The translations under genes and the position numbers were made by a program. A model generated the notes under the pieces. That model saw nothing but the letters and a program-made list of their open reading frames with translations, searched no databases and was not told the origin of the DNA. From NCBI RefSeq assembly GCF_964188315.1, contig NC_135658.1:3472001-3536000 (forward strand): 64,000 nt of DNA. The letters are read 5' to 3'. Positions within the stretch are counted from its first letter, which is position 1, and each line of letters opens with the position of its first letter. Shown here piece after piece: positions 24,561-46,038 of this stretch. This DNA comes from Podarcis muralis (Eukaryota).

Positions 24561-27500
24561 TCAACTCAGTACATAACACCCCTCCCCTCTAAGTTCCAGT
24601 CCTGCCGGGAGGTCGCATTCATAGTCCTTGAGGTACGCCGGCGGCCTACGTGTGCGTTGCGGCCTGTGGTGTTCCCTGGTCTGGGGTTCAGGTTCTGGCT
24701 CGTGTTCCAAGGATGCTGGCTGTGATGGGCCTGTTTGGTCTGGCGCAACCGGCTTGCTCAGTCGTGGTTCTGGTTCCGGTGTCCTTTTGGCCTCATGGGT
24801 CCTCTCTGTATTTACTGATTCTGCCTCTCCTGCTGGCCCCTCCTGCTCTATGGGCCTCACTGCCCCTCTGTTCCCTTGGGACTCCTCTGACCTTTCCTCC
24901 TCCTGGTTTTCTCCTGGGAATCGTCGCCGTATCTGGTCGCAGTGGCGGCGCCAGCATTGCCCCCCATCCATTAGCACCTCGTATGACACGGGGCCAGTGA
25001 CCCTGGTGACTGTGGCGGGTACCCATGCTGGGCCTGCCCCAAAATTCTTTGCGTACACTGGGTCCTGGGCTTCGAAGGTCCGGGGGTTCCTGCCTTCCCC
25101 CACCACTACTTCATCCTGAGCTCTATCGGGGTGAAGGCGGTCCAATCTGATTGCAAGGCGCCGACCCATTAGTAGTTCAGCAGGGCTCCAGCCAGTCGTT
25201 GAGCTGGGGGTGCTGTGCTGTGCTAGGAGGAATGTGGCAAGGCGGTACTCCCAATCCCCTTGCGTCATGCGGTGAAGGGTGTCCTTGGTGGTCCGCACCA
25301 TGCCTTCTGCTTGGCCATTGGTGGCAGGGTGGAATGGCGCCGAACGGATGTGGCGGATGGCGTTCTGCGCTGTGAAGGTTTGGAATTCTCCTGACGTAAA
25401 TGCAGTCCCGTTGTCTGAGACGAGAGTGTCAGGGAGCCCGTGCGTTGCAAACAGCCTGCGTAGTACCCGGATGGCTGCGGACGTGGAAGTGGACAGTACC
25501 AGTGCGACTTCCAGCCATTTGGTGTAGGAGTCCACCACTATGAAGAATGTTTTCCCCTGAAAGGGGCCAGCGAAGAAGTCCACATGCAGGCGTGACCATG
25601 GTGCTCGGGCGGACTCCCAGGACTGGACTGGGGCCCTTGGGGGATCTGGGCGGGATTCTTGGCAGGCCTGGCAGCGTTTGACCCAGGCCTCTATCTCTCC
25701 GTCGATCCCTGGCCACCACACATAACTCCTGGCAAGGGCCTTCATTCTTACTACCCCTGGGTGTGTCTCGTGTAGGGCTGTGAGGACCCTTTTGCGGAGG
25801 GGCTGGGGAACAACGACCCTGCTTCCCCATAACAGGCACCCCTTGTGAGCCGACAGTTCATGTTTGCGGGTTGTGTAGCCAGCGAATTCTGGCCCAGGGC
25901 TGCTGCTGGGCCATCCCCTCCACACCCAGTCCAGGACCCGGGAGATGACCCTATCTTTCTTGGAATGGTGTGCGACTTCTTGTGCCTGAATGGGGCGGTC
26001 GGGAAGCAGCTCCAGGCTCATAACCTCTTGTGCAGGTGCTGGGTCGGGGCCTGTTTCCGGTAGTGGTAGCCTGCTGAGGGCGTCCGCATGGCCCATCGCC
26101 TTCCCAGGGCGGTGAATCAGTGCATACTGGTAGCTGGCAAGGAAAATTGACCACCTGAGGACGCGAGGAGACAGCACTTGGGGGGTCTGCTTTTCGGGGG
26201 CAAACAAGCCAAGCAACGGCTTGTGGTCAGTCACCACGGTGAAGGGCCGCCCGTACAAGAAATCATGGAATTTTTTTACTCCCTTCACGATTGCCAGACC
26301 CTCCTTGTCTATTTGCGAGTAGTTCCGCTCGGTTGCGTTGAGTGTCTGGGAAAAGTATGCCACCGGTACCTCTCTTCCATCCGGGAGTTGGTGTCCCAGG
26401 ACAGCGCCAATGCCATAGGGCGAGGCATCGCATGCTAGCACCACCGGCAGCCTCTCGTCGAAGTGTGCCAAGACCGAGTTTGAGACAAGCAAGTCCTTGA
26501 CTGCCTGGAATGCAGCCTCCTGGCGCTGGCCCCACACCCAAGGGGCCCGCTTGTCCAGGAGTCTGTGTAGGGGCTCTGCTACCGCTGCCTTGTGGGGAAG
26601 GAAGGAATGGTAAAAGTTCAATAGTCCCAAGAAGGCCTGAAGTTCAGTCTTGCTCTTGGGTGCTGGGGCATCACAGATGGCCCGTACCTTGTCCCCAGTC
26701 GGGTGGACCCCTTCTGCGTCCACCATAAATCCCAAAAAGTCCACCTGAGGCACTCCTAGTAGACATTTTTCCCGCTTCACCTTGAGACCCGCCGTCTGGA
26801 AACGGTGCAGAACGGTGCGGAGGCGGTCCTCAAACTCCTCTGGTGTGGGCCCGGCAATCAACACATCATCGAAGAAGGGGGTGACACCAGGAATCCCTTT
26901 AAGGAGCGAGTCCATTAGATTCTGGAATATGCCTGGTGCCACACTGACCCCGAATTGCAGCCGCTTTACCCTGAACGCTCCTCTGTGCGTCACAATCGTC
27001 TGTGCCTCTGCTGTGGCCTCATCTACTGGCAGCTGTTGATATGCTTGGGCCAAGTCCAGCTTGCCAAAAATTTTCGACCCAGCCAGGGTGGCAAGGACAT
27101 GGCTGACCACTGGCACTGGGTATGCATGGGCCGTGAGGGCCTTGTTTATGGTACATTTGTAGTCTGCGCAGATGCGGACCGAACCATTAGGCTTGACGGG
27201 TGTGACGATTGGGGTTTCCCAGGGGGCATTAGGCACCGGCTCCAGCACTCCTTGCTCCACGTGCCGGTCCAATTCCTCGTCTATACGGGGTTTCAGGGCG
27301 AACGGGACCCGGCGGGCCTTGAGCCTGACTGGTTGTACTGCGGGGTCAAGCTGTAGAGCAATGGGGGGGCCCGTATACTGTCCCAATTTCCCATCGAAAA
27401 ACCCTGGAAATTCCTTGCAGATGGCATCCACGTCCACTTGTAAGGTAGTGTGGTTCAACCCGGTGATGGCTAGCCCCAGTGGTCCAAACCATGCCAATCC

Positions 27501-27788
27501 CAGTAAGCTGATGTAGGGGCCCTTGACCACGAGCAAGTCCAGTTGCCGCGTCCGCCCTCGGTATTGCACCCTGAAGGTCCCCACCCCCATTGTAGGGACC
27601 TTACGTTTCTGGAAGTCCCGGAGGGTGAATGGGGCCGGCCTGAGTTTGGGACCCCCAGTAGGACACAGTTTCCTTAAGGTCCTTGCCGAGATTATGGATA
27701 GAGTTGAACCCGTGTCTAGCTCCATGCGGCATGGGGCCCCCTCTATCTGTACCTCTACATAAATTTTCTCTACGTTGGGGTGGGGCAA
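24561..27788 (-). CDS. pol: Gypsy Pol (PR-RT-RH-IN)
   Basis: ELDTGS protease; LDLAQAY and FFDDVLI RT; CDASPYG RNase H; HETH...CQAC; SDNGTAF integrase. Confidence 0.95.
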   Translation of the reverse strand: MPHPNVEKIYVEVQIEGAPCRMELDTGSTLSIISARTLRKLCPTGGPKLRPAPFTLRDFQKRKVPTMGVGTFRVQYRGRTRQLDLLVVKGPYISLLGLAWFGPLGLAITGLNHTTLQVDVDAICKEFPGFFDGKLGQYTGPPIALQLDPAVQPVRLKARRVPFALKPRIDEELDRHVEQGVLEPVPNAPWETPIVTPVKPNGSVRICADYKCTINKALTAHAYPVPVVSHVLATLAGSKIFGKLDLAQAYQQLPVDEATAEAQTIVTHRGAFRVKRLQFGVSVAPGIFQNLMDSLLKGIPGVTPFFDDVLIAGPTPEEFEDRLRTVLHRFQTAGLKVKREKCLLGVPQVDFLGFMVDAEGVHPTGDKVRAICDAPAPKSKTELQAFLGLLNFYHSFLPHKAAVAEPLHRLLDKRAPWVWGQRQEAAFQAVKDLLVSNSVLAHFDERLPVVLACDASPYGIGAVLGHQLPDGREVPVAYFSQTLNATERNYSQIDKEGLAIVKGVKKFHDFLYGRPFTVVTDHKPLLGLFAPEKQTPQVLSPRVLRWSIFLASYQYALIHRPGKAMGHADALSRLPLPETGPDPAPAQEVMSLELLPDRPIQAQEVAHHSKKDRVISRVLDWVWRGWPSSSPGPEFAGYTTRKHELSAHKGCLLWGSRVVVPQPLRKRVLTALHETHPGVVRMKALARSYVWWPGIDGEIEAWVKRCQACQESRPDPPRAPVQSWESARAPWSRLHVDFFAGPFQGKTFFIVVDSYTKWLEVALVLSTSTSAAIRVLRRLFATHGLPDTLVSDNGTAFTSGEFQTFTAQNAIRHIRSAPFHPATNGQAEGMVRTTKDTLHRMTQGDWEYRLATFLLAQHSTPSSTTGWSPAELLMGRRLAIRLDRLHPDRAQDEVVVGEGRNPRTFEAQDPVYAKNFGAGPAWVPATVTRVTGPVSYEVLMDGGQCWRRHCDQIRRRFPGENQEEERSEESQGNRGAVRPIEQEGPAGEAESVNTERTHEAKRTPEPEPRLSKPVAPDQTGPSQPASLEHEPEPEPQTREHHRPQRTRRPPAYLKDYECDLPAGLELRGEGCYVLS

Positions 27789-27899
27789 CTGGTATACCTG
27801 GAAGTCCGTGAGCTCCGTAGAGTTGCCTTGGTGCGTTGGGCCCCGGGACCTGGAGCTCTTGGATTGGTCATCTGATGCCTGGCGTCGGGTGGGCCGAGC

Positions 27900-28667
27900 T
27901 CAACACACCCGGGCGATGTGTCCCAATTTTCTGCACTGCCTGCACTCTGCGTTGCGGAAACGGCAGGTCCTCCTCTCATGACTTTCCCCGCAGCTTGCGC
28001 AGTTCCCTCCTTCTCGTCGAGGCAGCTGTGGTATGTGGGCTGCTTGAGTGCGCTGCAGTACTCGGTGCACCTCCTCCCTGTCAGATCCTGAGTTGTCGGT
28101 GAGGTCGTCATGGTGGACCCTCGGTTGGGGTGGCAGGCTTGGCCGTGCCTCTTGCGTCGACCTCTTGGCAGCTTCCGTTGCCAGGGCCTCCTCCAGAGCG
28201 ACCTGGAACGTTAGGTCCTTCTTAGCGTAGAGGCATCGTTGCAGCTTCTCATCCTTCAGGCCACCGACGAGGCGGTCACGAAGCATGTTCTCCAGCTCTG
28301 AGAAGTTGCAGAACCGGGCAGCTTGGCGGAGAGAGGTCACAAACCCAGTTATGGTTTCCCCAGGGGCTTGCCGCTTTGCGTAGAAGGCATTTCGACGAGC
28401 CACCACTGAGGGCTGCGGCGAAAAGTGCCCCTTCAGCTGTTCCATTATTGTTTTATATGGAACAGTAGCGACGTCTTCAGGTGCAAGGAGAGCCCGGGCG
28501 ATTTCAAATGTCTCCCCTCCGCAGATGCTGAAGAATATCGCCCTCTTCTTGGCGTCTTCTTCATCGGTGACCCCTTTGGCTTCTAGGAGGAAGGTGAAAC
28601 GGGAGGCGTACGCTTCCCAGTCTCCAGATTCTGGGTTGAACGGCAAGAAGCTGCTGTCGGTTGCCAT
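27900..28667 (-). CDS. gag: Gypsy Gag with twin zinc knuckles; in frame with pol and separated from it by one TGA
   Basis: CASCGESHERRTC (CX2CX3HX4C) and CRQCRKLGHIARVC (CX2CX4HX4C); LRDRLVGG. Confidence 0.92.
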   Translation of the reverse strand: MATDSSFLPFNPESGDWEAYASRFTFLLEAKGVTDEEDAKKRAIFFSICGGETFEIARALLAPEDVATVPYKTIMEQLKGHFSPQPSVVARRNAFYAKRQAPGETITGFVTSLRQAARFCNFSELENMLRDRLVGGLKDEKLQRCLYAKKDLTFQVALEEALATEAAKRSTQEARPSLPPQPRVHHDDLTDNSGSDREEVHRVLQRTQAAHIPQLPRREGGNCASCGESHERRTCRFRNAECRQCRKLGHIARVC

Positions 28668-28773
28668 TCTGAGTTCCTTGTGTCCCGGAGCTGAAGCCTG
28701 GATACACGGTGCGAGGCAGCGGTGCGGCAGGTGGCGGTGCTGCGGTGCTGTGTGTAGCAGTCAGCTCAGCGGG

Positions 28774-28791
28774 ATCCCATCCTCGTCGCCA
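28774..28791 (-). promoter_or_regulatory. Primer-binding site, tRNA-Ser(GCU)
   Basis: Same 18-mer as at 22791-22808, next to the 5' LTR. Confidence 0.8.
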
Positions 28792-29527
28792 GTGAAATAT
28801 ACTCAGAGTCACAAAGTGATTTCATGCTCTTTATTCAGCTCATAGTGGTGAGGAGGAATGAATGAAAGTCCCCTCAAAGTATCTGTTTTATATACATTAT
28901 TTACACAATGGGCTGCACATGATTGGTTAATTCTGGAATTCTACTGTAAGCCAATCAGGTTGTGGATTCACTTATATCTGGAGCATGATTGGGTGGTTCC
29001 TGCCAACCAATCATGCTGCTGCATTGTTCTTGCACCAATCAGACTGCTGCATTCTGAATCCTATTGTTCTAGGACCAATCAGACTGCTGCAATTTGGATC
29101 CTATTGTTCTAGGACCAATCAGACTGCTGCAGTTTGGATCCTATTCAACTCAGTACATAACATCAACGGAGGAATTCATTCCTTGAAGGCTATGAGCAAA
29201 GGGCAGCCGAAGAAACGGCAAAATATCACCACCACCACCACTATGGCAACGTGCTCAGGGAAGGCGTTTTGGGAGTTAAAATGTTAAGCAAGGCAGCCAT
29301 TGGGTTGATCTAGGCCAGGCCCATATCCGGTACAGACACTCAGACACCCACTGCCCAGAGACACCCAGAGATGGGCTGATAAGGATTACCAAGGAAGGAC
29401 AGGGAAGGGTCATGTCCGACTCCTCAGGCCTTATCTCTAGGCAGAACCTCATGTATCTCTCTGGAACGCAGTCTCCAGGCAAAGCAGTTTTTGTCTCTAG
29501 GCAGAATCTATTGCATCTATCAGAGTA

Positions 29528-29728
29528 CAGTGGTACCTCAGGCTACATATGCTTCAGGTTACAGACTCTGCTAACCCAGAAATATTACCTCGGGTTAAGA
29601 ACTTTGCTTCAGGATGAGAACAGAAATAGTGTGGTGGCAGCAACAGGTAGCCCCATTAGCTAAAGTGGTGCTTCAGGTTAAGAACAGACCTCCGGAACGA
29701 ATTAAGTACTTAACCCGAGGTACCACTG
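29528..29728. mobile_element. Tc1/mariner-type MITE (unit B copy)
   Basis: TIRs CAGTGGTACCTC / GAGGTACCACTG flanked by TA. Confidence 0.85.
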
Positions 29729-31701
29729 TATGTCTAATGCTGTAACTTTTGATTGGATAAAGACCTGATTCAAGAATGTATAAAGGGAAGCCTCCCCTGT
29801 TGGGAGGGGCCGGACTACGGAACTTATTCCTCCGTGCCATTGCTTGCTGCCGGCAAACTTAACTTTCTTCCTTTAATTCTTCATTTGACTGGCCTGACTA
29901 TTTGCTACACCACCACCCATCTGGCTGGGTTTATTTATTTCTATTAATTTTTATGTGTGCATGCAGACAATCATTATTGTCTCATATTAAAAATTGGGAG
30001 AGGGTCTCTTAGTCCAGCCCTCCAGTGCACACTAGCGGCCAAAATTGTGGAACCTTCTGGACAAAATGTATTTCCGAGGTCTGATGGCTCATGACACCAC
30101 TTTGTTTTGGAGTAATACCAAGGCTTTTTCTGTGGGGACGCATACCCCTAAACATTTTGTGAATTTAACAGGAGAAGAAATTCACTGTATTTATTTTCCC
30201 AGATTAGAACTGTATTTATTTCCCCCTGGTGGTGATTTTCTTGAGACAAAATGAGAGTACCCTAAACATTCTTTTTTAGAAAAAAAGCACTGAGTTATAC
30301 CATAAAATCATATATCAACGGAAAGATAATTTAATGAGGAATGTAATGCAATAATTTTTATGAAGGATTACTTATTATAACAGCAGTCATAAAGAAGAAA
30401 CGTGAAAACACAGGAAAAATGAGATACGCAGGTTAAATTGCCGTGTTGACCCTTTGCGATAAAATCAATGGGTTTGGGGTTGCAGTTTGGGGACTCGGTT
30501 TCTAAAAGGTTCGCCATCACTGCGCTAGAAGGAATGGAAAGTAGGGGGGGGTCCCCCAAAAGCATCTCTGGAAGTGGGAAAGAAAGAAAAACACGGAGGG
30601 GAGAGATGGGCACGCTGGGCTTGGCAAGGGTTAAAGGGAAGTGAGCTGCCTTCCTAGAGAGGACAGGAAGCAAGGGGGGCTGGTCCTCCAGAGCCAAGGC
30701 CCCTCCCTCCCCAGTCCTTTCCTGCATCGCTGTCTCTCCTGGGATCTGGTGAGTCTCCTCTCTCTCTGGGATCTGGTGGGGGTCCCAGGACTGCAGCAGG
30801 GGAGGGGGCCTGGGGGGGCAGATCTGCTCCTGCGGGGGGGGGACCCCAAGTCAGGGGGGAGGAGAGGGTCCTGCCAAGGAGGGGCCAGGTCTGCCACGCT
30901 CTCCTTCCTGCAGATCAGAGGGTCCCAAACTCATTTGGCCCTCCGCCCCCCCCCCTTCAGAAAAACAATGACTCTCCCACGAAATCTCATTTCTTTAATC
31001 AAAGGAGTCCGATTACACAACAAATGTGCAAATGGTTTTCCAAAGCTGGAGCAGGAGGTGGACACTATCCCCCCCCCCCCAAAAAAAAGGTGGGAGAGAA
31101 AGGCCAGGGATAAAGAGAGGGATCCCAGCCCAGAGTCTGCCTGCTGCATTGGGTACCAGTTTCTGACTCTTCTTCAAGGGCAGCTCCCCATGGAAGCCAC
31201 TGCAGCAATCCCCTCGCACCCAGAGCATGGCATCCCAGGACCACATCCTCTCTGTCCCAAAGGGATTGTTGCTGGAAAACCAGCCGGAAATGGGCGCTGC
31301 TACTCACTGAGCCTCCAGGGTTAAGCTATCTAATTGAATAATAATAATAAATTTTACCCACCTAAATTTCAAGGGAGATGTCTTTGGCCCCACCCACTGG
31401 GCCCTCAGGGGGTTGAGCAGATGCATACCTGGCCCTCGGAGCAAAGAAAAAGGGACCCCACCCTAGGAGTCTGCCTGGAGAGCAGGAGAGAGTCCAAGTG
31501 CAATAAAAGGAGACAGAAGCAGGGGAGTGGGGGTGGGGGGAGAGCAACTTCTGAGGACCCCCAGGTGAGGACCCCCACTAGAGCCAAACATCCATTATTC
31601 ACAAGATACTGATGACTTCCTTGTCAGTCAGTTCTGACTTCATGCATTTTCTCTGTTTTGAATCCTTGTTTCTTTCTCAGGGAAAGGATCTCTTTGCAGT
31701 A

Positions 31702-41382
<9,681 letters not shown>

Positions 41383-44084
41383 ACAGGCCTTTGGCTGATT
41401 GACATCTAATGCCCTTTTAAAATGTGGTGGGGAGGTGGGGGTTACAGGTTTTGGGCTGTGTGTTTTGTGTTTTCATTGTGTGATTTTATGTTGTAACTGT
41501 CCTGAGACCTGTGGGTAAAGAGAATAAGAGCCAACTCTTAGAGTCTGAGGGGTCTTTGCCCCCCAATAAGATATGTGAGGGGGCCACCCCCCACTTCATA
41601 GGAACAGGCATTCAAATGGCATGCTTGCACCGCATCCTCTGACTGTTTAACTGAGGCGGGGCTTGCTAAACCCCTCCTATATTTTATTCAAGTTGGCACC
41701 GCTGCTATAGGGTGCTATAGAAATGAAATAAATGCATAAATAAAATAACACCATCTTGATTGCCTTCATTTGCACATGTTCCAGCTTGTCAATATCCTTA
41801 TTATTATCATTTTAAAATTCATTTCCCCGTCATCTGAAGATTTCACGGTGATTCACAACATAAACAGACAGAATGAAAGCATGGCTTTCTCAAAAACGAG
41901 TCAAGCTAGAGAAATCTCTCTTTTTTCTTTTTCTATTTTTGGATGGAGTTACAGACTGTTTCTCAGGGGACTGCTGTGGTAATAGTGCATCTCGATTTCA
42001 GTAAGGCTTTTGACAAAGTCCCCTGCAACATTTATGTGAGGAAGCTGGTAAAATGAGGCTGAATGAGGTAACTGTTAGGTGGATTTGACTGACCGAACCC
42101 AAAGAGGACTCCTTCATGGTTCCTCATCATCCTGGGTTGCTGCAGGGTTCTGTCCCGGGCCTGTTGTTGTTCAACGTCTTTATAACTTACTGGGATGAAG
42201 TCGGAAAAAAATAAAATGGTATCTGACGAAGTGTGCTTGCACACGAAAGCTCATACAAATAACAAAATTTGTTGGTCTCTCAGGTGCTACTGGAAGGAAT
42301 TTTTTTATTTTGTTTCCAGAATACTGTGTTCAATTCTGGGCACCACAATTTCAGTATCTTAAATTTTTGTTTGCCAAGGGAAATTAAGAAGGTGAGGGAA
42401 CACAATCTATATTCCTTTTATAACACGTGGCCAAAGTTTATTGAATATATAAATTGTTAAGACTGTTGCCGGAATCCACCCAGCACTCATGGGAAAAGGT
42501 GGCATGATCTTTTAGAGTAATCAAATGAAACTTGTAACACATGGCAGGAAGAAAGTCTGCAATTCCATCAGGACAAGTTATTTGTTGTTTACTGTTGTAA
42601 CCATTTCTTTATTTAAAATTATATTTTGGCTTCATTTCACCCCTTAGTCCTGCTCCTGAAAGCTTGGCAGATGTGGAGTATTTGCTCACACTCTGCCATG
42701 ACTTAAAAATCAACCTTTTTGACTTTTTAAAGAAATGGTATTGCAGTGCGAAAAAGGCTCAAGGAAGCAATTCCTGTAGTAGCTGGCATATTAGCGAGCC
42801 CAGTGCGACTCTGCCAACTGTCTCACTCCCAGCTAACTAATCTGGAAAGCTGTCTTGTCATCTCGGTCTGTAAAGACTTCAGTGTCCTTTGAATTCACAA
42901 TTAAGCATTTCTGGAAGAGGAAATGATATGCTTTTGTTTAGAAAGCACTAATACTGGGCCACTGACTGTGCAACCTGCCAGCCCTGCCCTGTAGGAAGCT
43001 CCAACTTTAAAGATTGATCTTTTCATGTGGCAGCAAGTGTACTTTGGAACTCCCTGCCTCTTGACATCAGGCAGGAGGCTTCACGGTCCACTTTGCGGCA
43101 TTCAACTTTGTTACCGTTGCTGAGTTTGTGATAGCTAAATATTGAGGAGAGAGCAGCCAATCTCCTATGTATATCTGAATAAATTGAGAAAGTCTGGTTT
43201 TCAGTAACTACAATAAAGCTAACATTGCAAAAGAATGCATCTAAACCGGCCTAACGGACTCATGGGGAAATGGGTATTTTGGGGGATGTTTTATAAAAGT
43301 AAGTTTAGTGGACCAGTGAAGCCACCTGAGCCAAAGGGTCATATGCCGAGAAGGCCTCGCTTTGACAGCAATCGTGCTGCAGCATTCTGCACCGGCTGAA
43401 GCTTCTGGACCAAGCGCAAGGGATGCCCCACAAGGACGGCACTGTGGTCATCCAGCCTTGAAGAAACGAAGGCGCGAGGCCAGGCTCTCCCGGTCCTGGA
43501 ATGTGGAACCATCTGCAGTTGCTCAAAGGCACTTCCAGCCACTGAGTCTGCCTGAGTCTCGGCTGGATCCGGAAGCAGCTCAAAGTCCCACAATGTTCAT
43601 CATCATTTTTAATTTGTATACTGTCTTTCTATCTTACAATACTCAAGGCGGTTTACAAGCTGAAGAAACAAAAAATGTACATCTTATAACAATCTAATGC
43701 AATACAAAAATGAGATAATAAAACTTTAAAATAAGCAACCTACATCAAAAAGTAACATTCAACAATTATTAGAATAGTATAAAATAATAACATCAACATA
43801 TAAAAGTTTAAACAGAAGTCCACTCAAGAGTTACAGTAAATAATACAATAAACTATAATCAGTAAAACAATGGCAAGGCACACTACATAAAATAATACAG
43901 TACAAATTGAGAAGCAGAGACTAGAGGATGGTTCATATGGAGAGAACCTTTGGCTTACCTTATTAATATTAGGTTGGCCAAGTCCTTAGGACCTTCAGGA
44001 AACCCAAATTTCAGATTGCACTGCAGAGAGGGAGTTCTGTGTGTCTTCATTTGTTGCAAAGAAGAAGAAGATTTTTATTCATAC

Positions 44085-44720
44085 CCCGCCCTCCCCGGCC
44101 AAGAACGGGCTCAGGGTGGCTAACACCAAATATAAAATACAGTTTTAAAAAAGCAAAGAACCAATTGATTAAAATGTAACTTACAATACAGCTTAAAATG
44201 CAGCCTTATTTTACTGGCGACTCACAAATCAAGACCAGAAGGGGATGAAACATCAAATATTCACCAGGGTCAGCTATCCATGCTGGTCCTATATGGGCCC
44301 GTGGGAAAATTTATATGCAGGATCCCATATAAGGGGTTCCATCAAAAAAAGAAAGAGGAGGATCAGACTGAGTCCAGACCAAAGGCCAGGTGGAACAACT
44401 CCCTCTTGCAGGCCCTGTGGAAAGATGTCAAATCCCGCAGGGCCCTGGTCTTCCGTGACAGAGCGTTCCACCTGTTCGGGGCCAGGGCTGAAAAGGCCTT
44501 GGCCCTGGTTGAGGCCAACCTAACGTCCTTGAGGCCCAAGACCTCCAAAATGTTGTTATTTATGAACCATAAGGTCCTCCATGGGGCATACCAGGAGAGG
44601 CGGTCCCGTTGGTACGAGGGTCCGAGGCTGCGAAGGGCTTTAAAGGTCAGAACCAGCACCTTAAACCTGACCCTGTACTCCACCAGGAGCCAGTGCAGCT
44701 GGTAAGATAAAAGATAAAAT
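44085..44720 (-). mobile_element. L2 3' fragment
   Basis: QLHWLLVEYRVRFKVLVLTFKAL peptide on the minus strand. Confidence 0.7.
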
Positions 44721-45579
44721 CCCACCAGACATCAGGGTCATCCGAGCCTTTGGCAGCAAGTAATTTATAATTTAATTTTTCAGCTAATGCTGAAATCCAC
44801 ATATTTCTATACCAAAGTAAAATCTGGAAATCATGTAAGGTTTTCGGTGCTGGGCAGAGGTTTGGGTGTTGGACTCTATGACTTGGGGGACCAGGGTTCG
44901 AATCCCCACCCAGTCATGAAGCTCCCTGGGGTGACCTTGGGGAGAAAAAGGTGGAAAATAAACGGAATAACTGGAATAAATAATATTTTCTATTTTGGAG
45001 CAATGGAGGTTCTGGCAACCGCTAGCCTCCTGGTCAAGAGTTCATGAGAGCTGACGAAATGGCAAAGTGGCAAACCTAGAGCCCTCTCTGTGGGCACACG
45101 CACTGTGATCCCAGCAGGGCCTTAGCCTCCTTGCCCGAGCGAGGGGCCGGCCAGTCTGTTTTTCCTACTCGGGAGTAAGCTGCCTTGAGTTCAGCAGGGC
45201 TTGACTCCCAGGTCACTAAGCATAAAGACGGCAACATTAGAAGGGGCTGCTGGGTTGACATGTTGGCTGGGCTTTCCCATGGAAGACAACGGAGAAACTC
45301 ATTCCTTGGAGGCTGTGAGCAAAGGGCAGCCGAAGAAACGGCAAAATATAAGAACCACCACTGTGGCAATGTGCTCAGGGAAGGCGTTTTGGGAGTTAAA
45401 ATGTTAAGCAAGGCAGCCATTGGGTTGATCTAGGCCAGGCCCATATCCGGTACATACACTCAGACACCCACTGCCCAGAGACACCCAGAGATGGGCTGAT
45501 AAGGATTACCAAGGAAGGACAGGGAAGGGTCATGTACAACTCCTCAGGCCCCGTCTCTAGGCGGAACCTAATGTATCTA

Positions 45580-45797
45580 CAGTGGTACCTCGGGTTACAT
45601 ACACTTCAGGTTACAGACTCTGCTAACCCAGAAATAGTACCTTGGGTTAAGAACTTTGCTTCAGGATGAGAACAGAAATCGTGTGGTGGCAGCAACAGGT
45701 AGCCCCATTAGCTAAAGTGGTGCTTCAGGTTAAGAACAGTTTCAGGTTAAGAACAGACCTCCGGAACGAATTAAGTACTTAACCCGAGGTACCACTG
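45580..45797. mobile_element. Tc1/mariner-type MITE (unit C copy)
   Basis: TIRs CAGTGGTACCTCGGGTTA / TAACCCGAGGTACCACTG; TA flanks. Confidence 0.88.
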
Positions 45798-46038
45798 TAT
45801 GTCTAATGCTGTAACTTTTGATTGGATAAAGACCTGATTCAAGAATGTATTGAAGGGAAGCCTCCCCTGTTGGGAAGGGCCGGACTACGGAACTTATTCC
45901 TCCGTGCCATTGCTTGCTGCCGGCAAACAATTAAAACTTTCTTGCTTTAATTCTTCATTTGACTGGCCTGACTATTTGCTACACCACCACCCATCTGGCT
46001 GGCTTTATTTATTTCTATTAATTTCTATGTGTGCACGC

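Larger units (their letters stand above)
24209..29162 (-). mobile_element. Ty3/Gypsy element 2 (Mag-like), full length
   Basis: 370-bp LTRs at 24209-24578 and 28793-29162 (about 6 differences); flanks CCAAC/TCAAC; empty site ACAAC at about 45286; PPT at 24579-24590. Confidence 0.95.
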
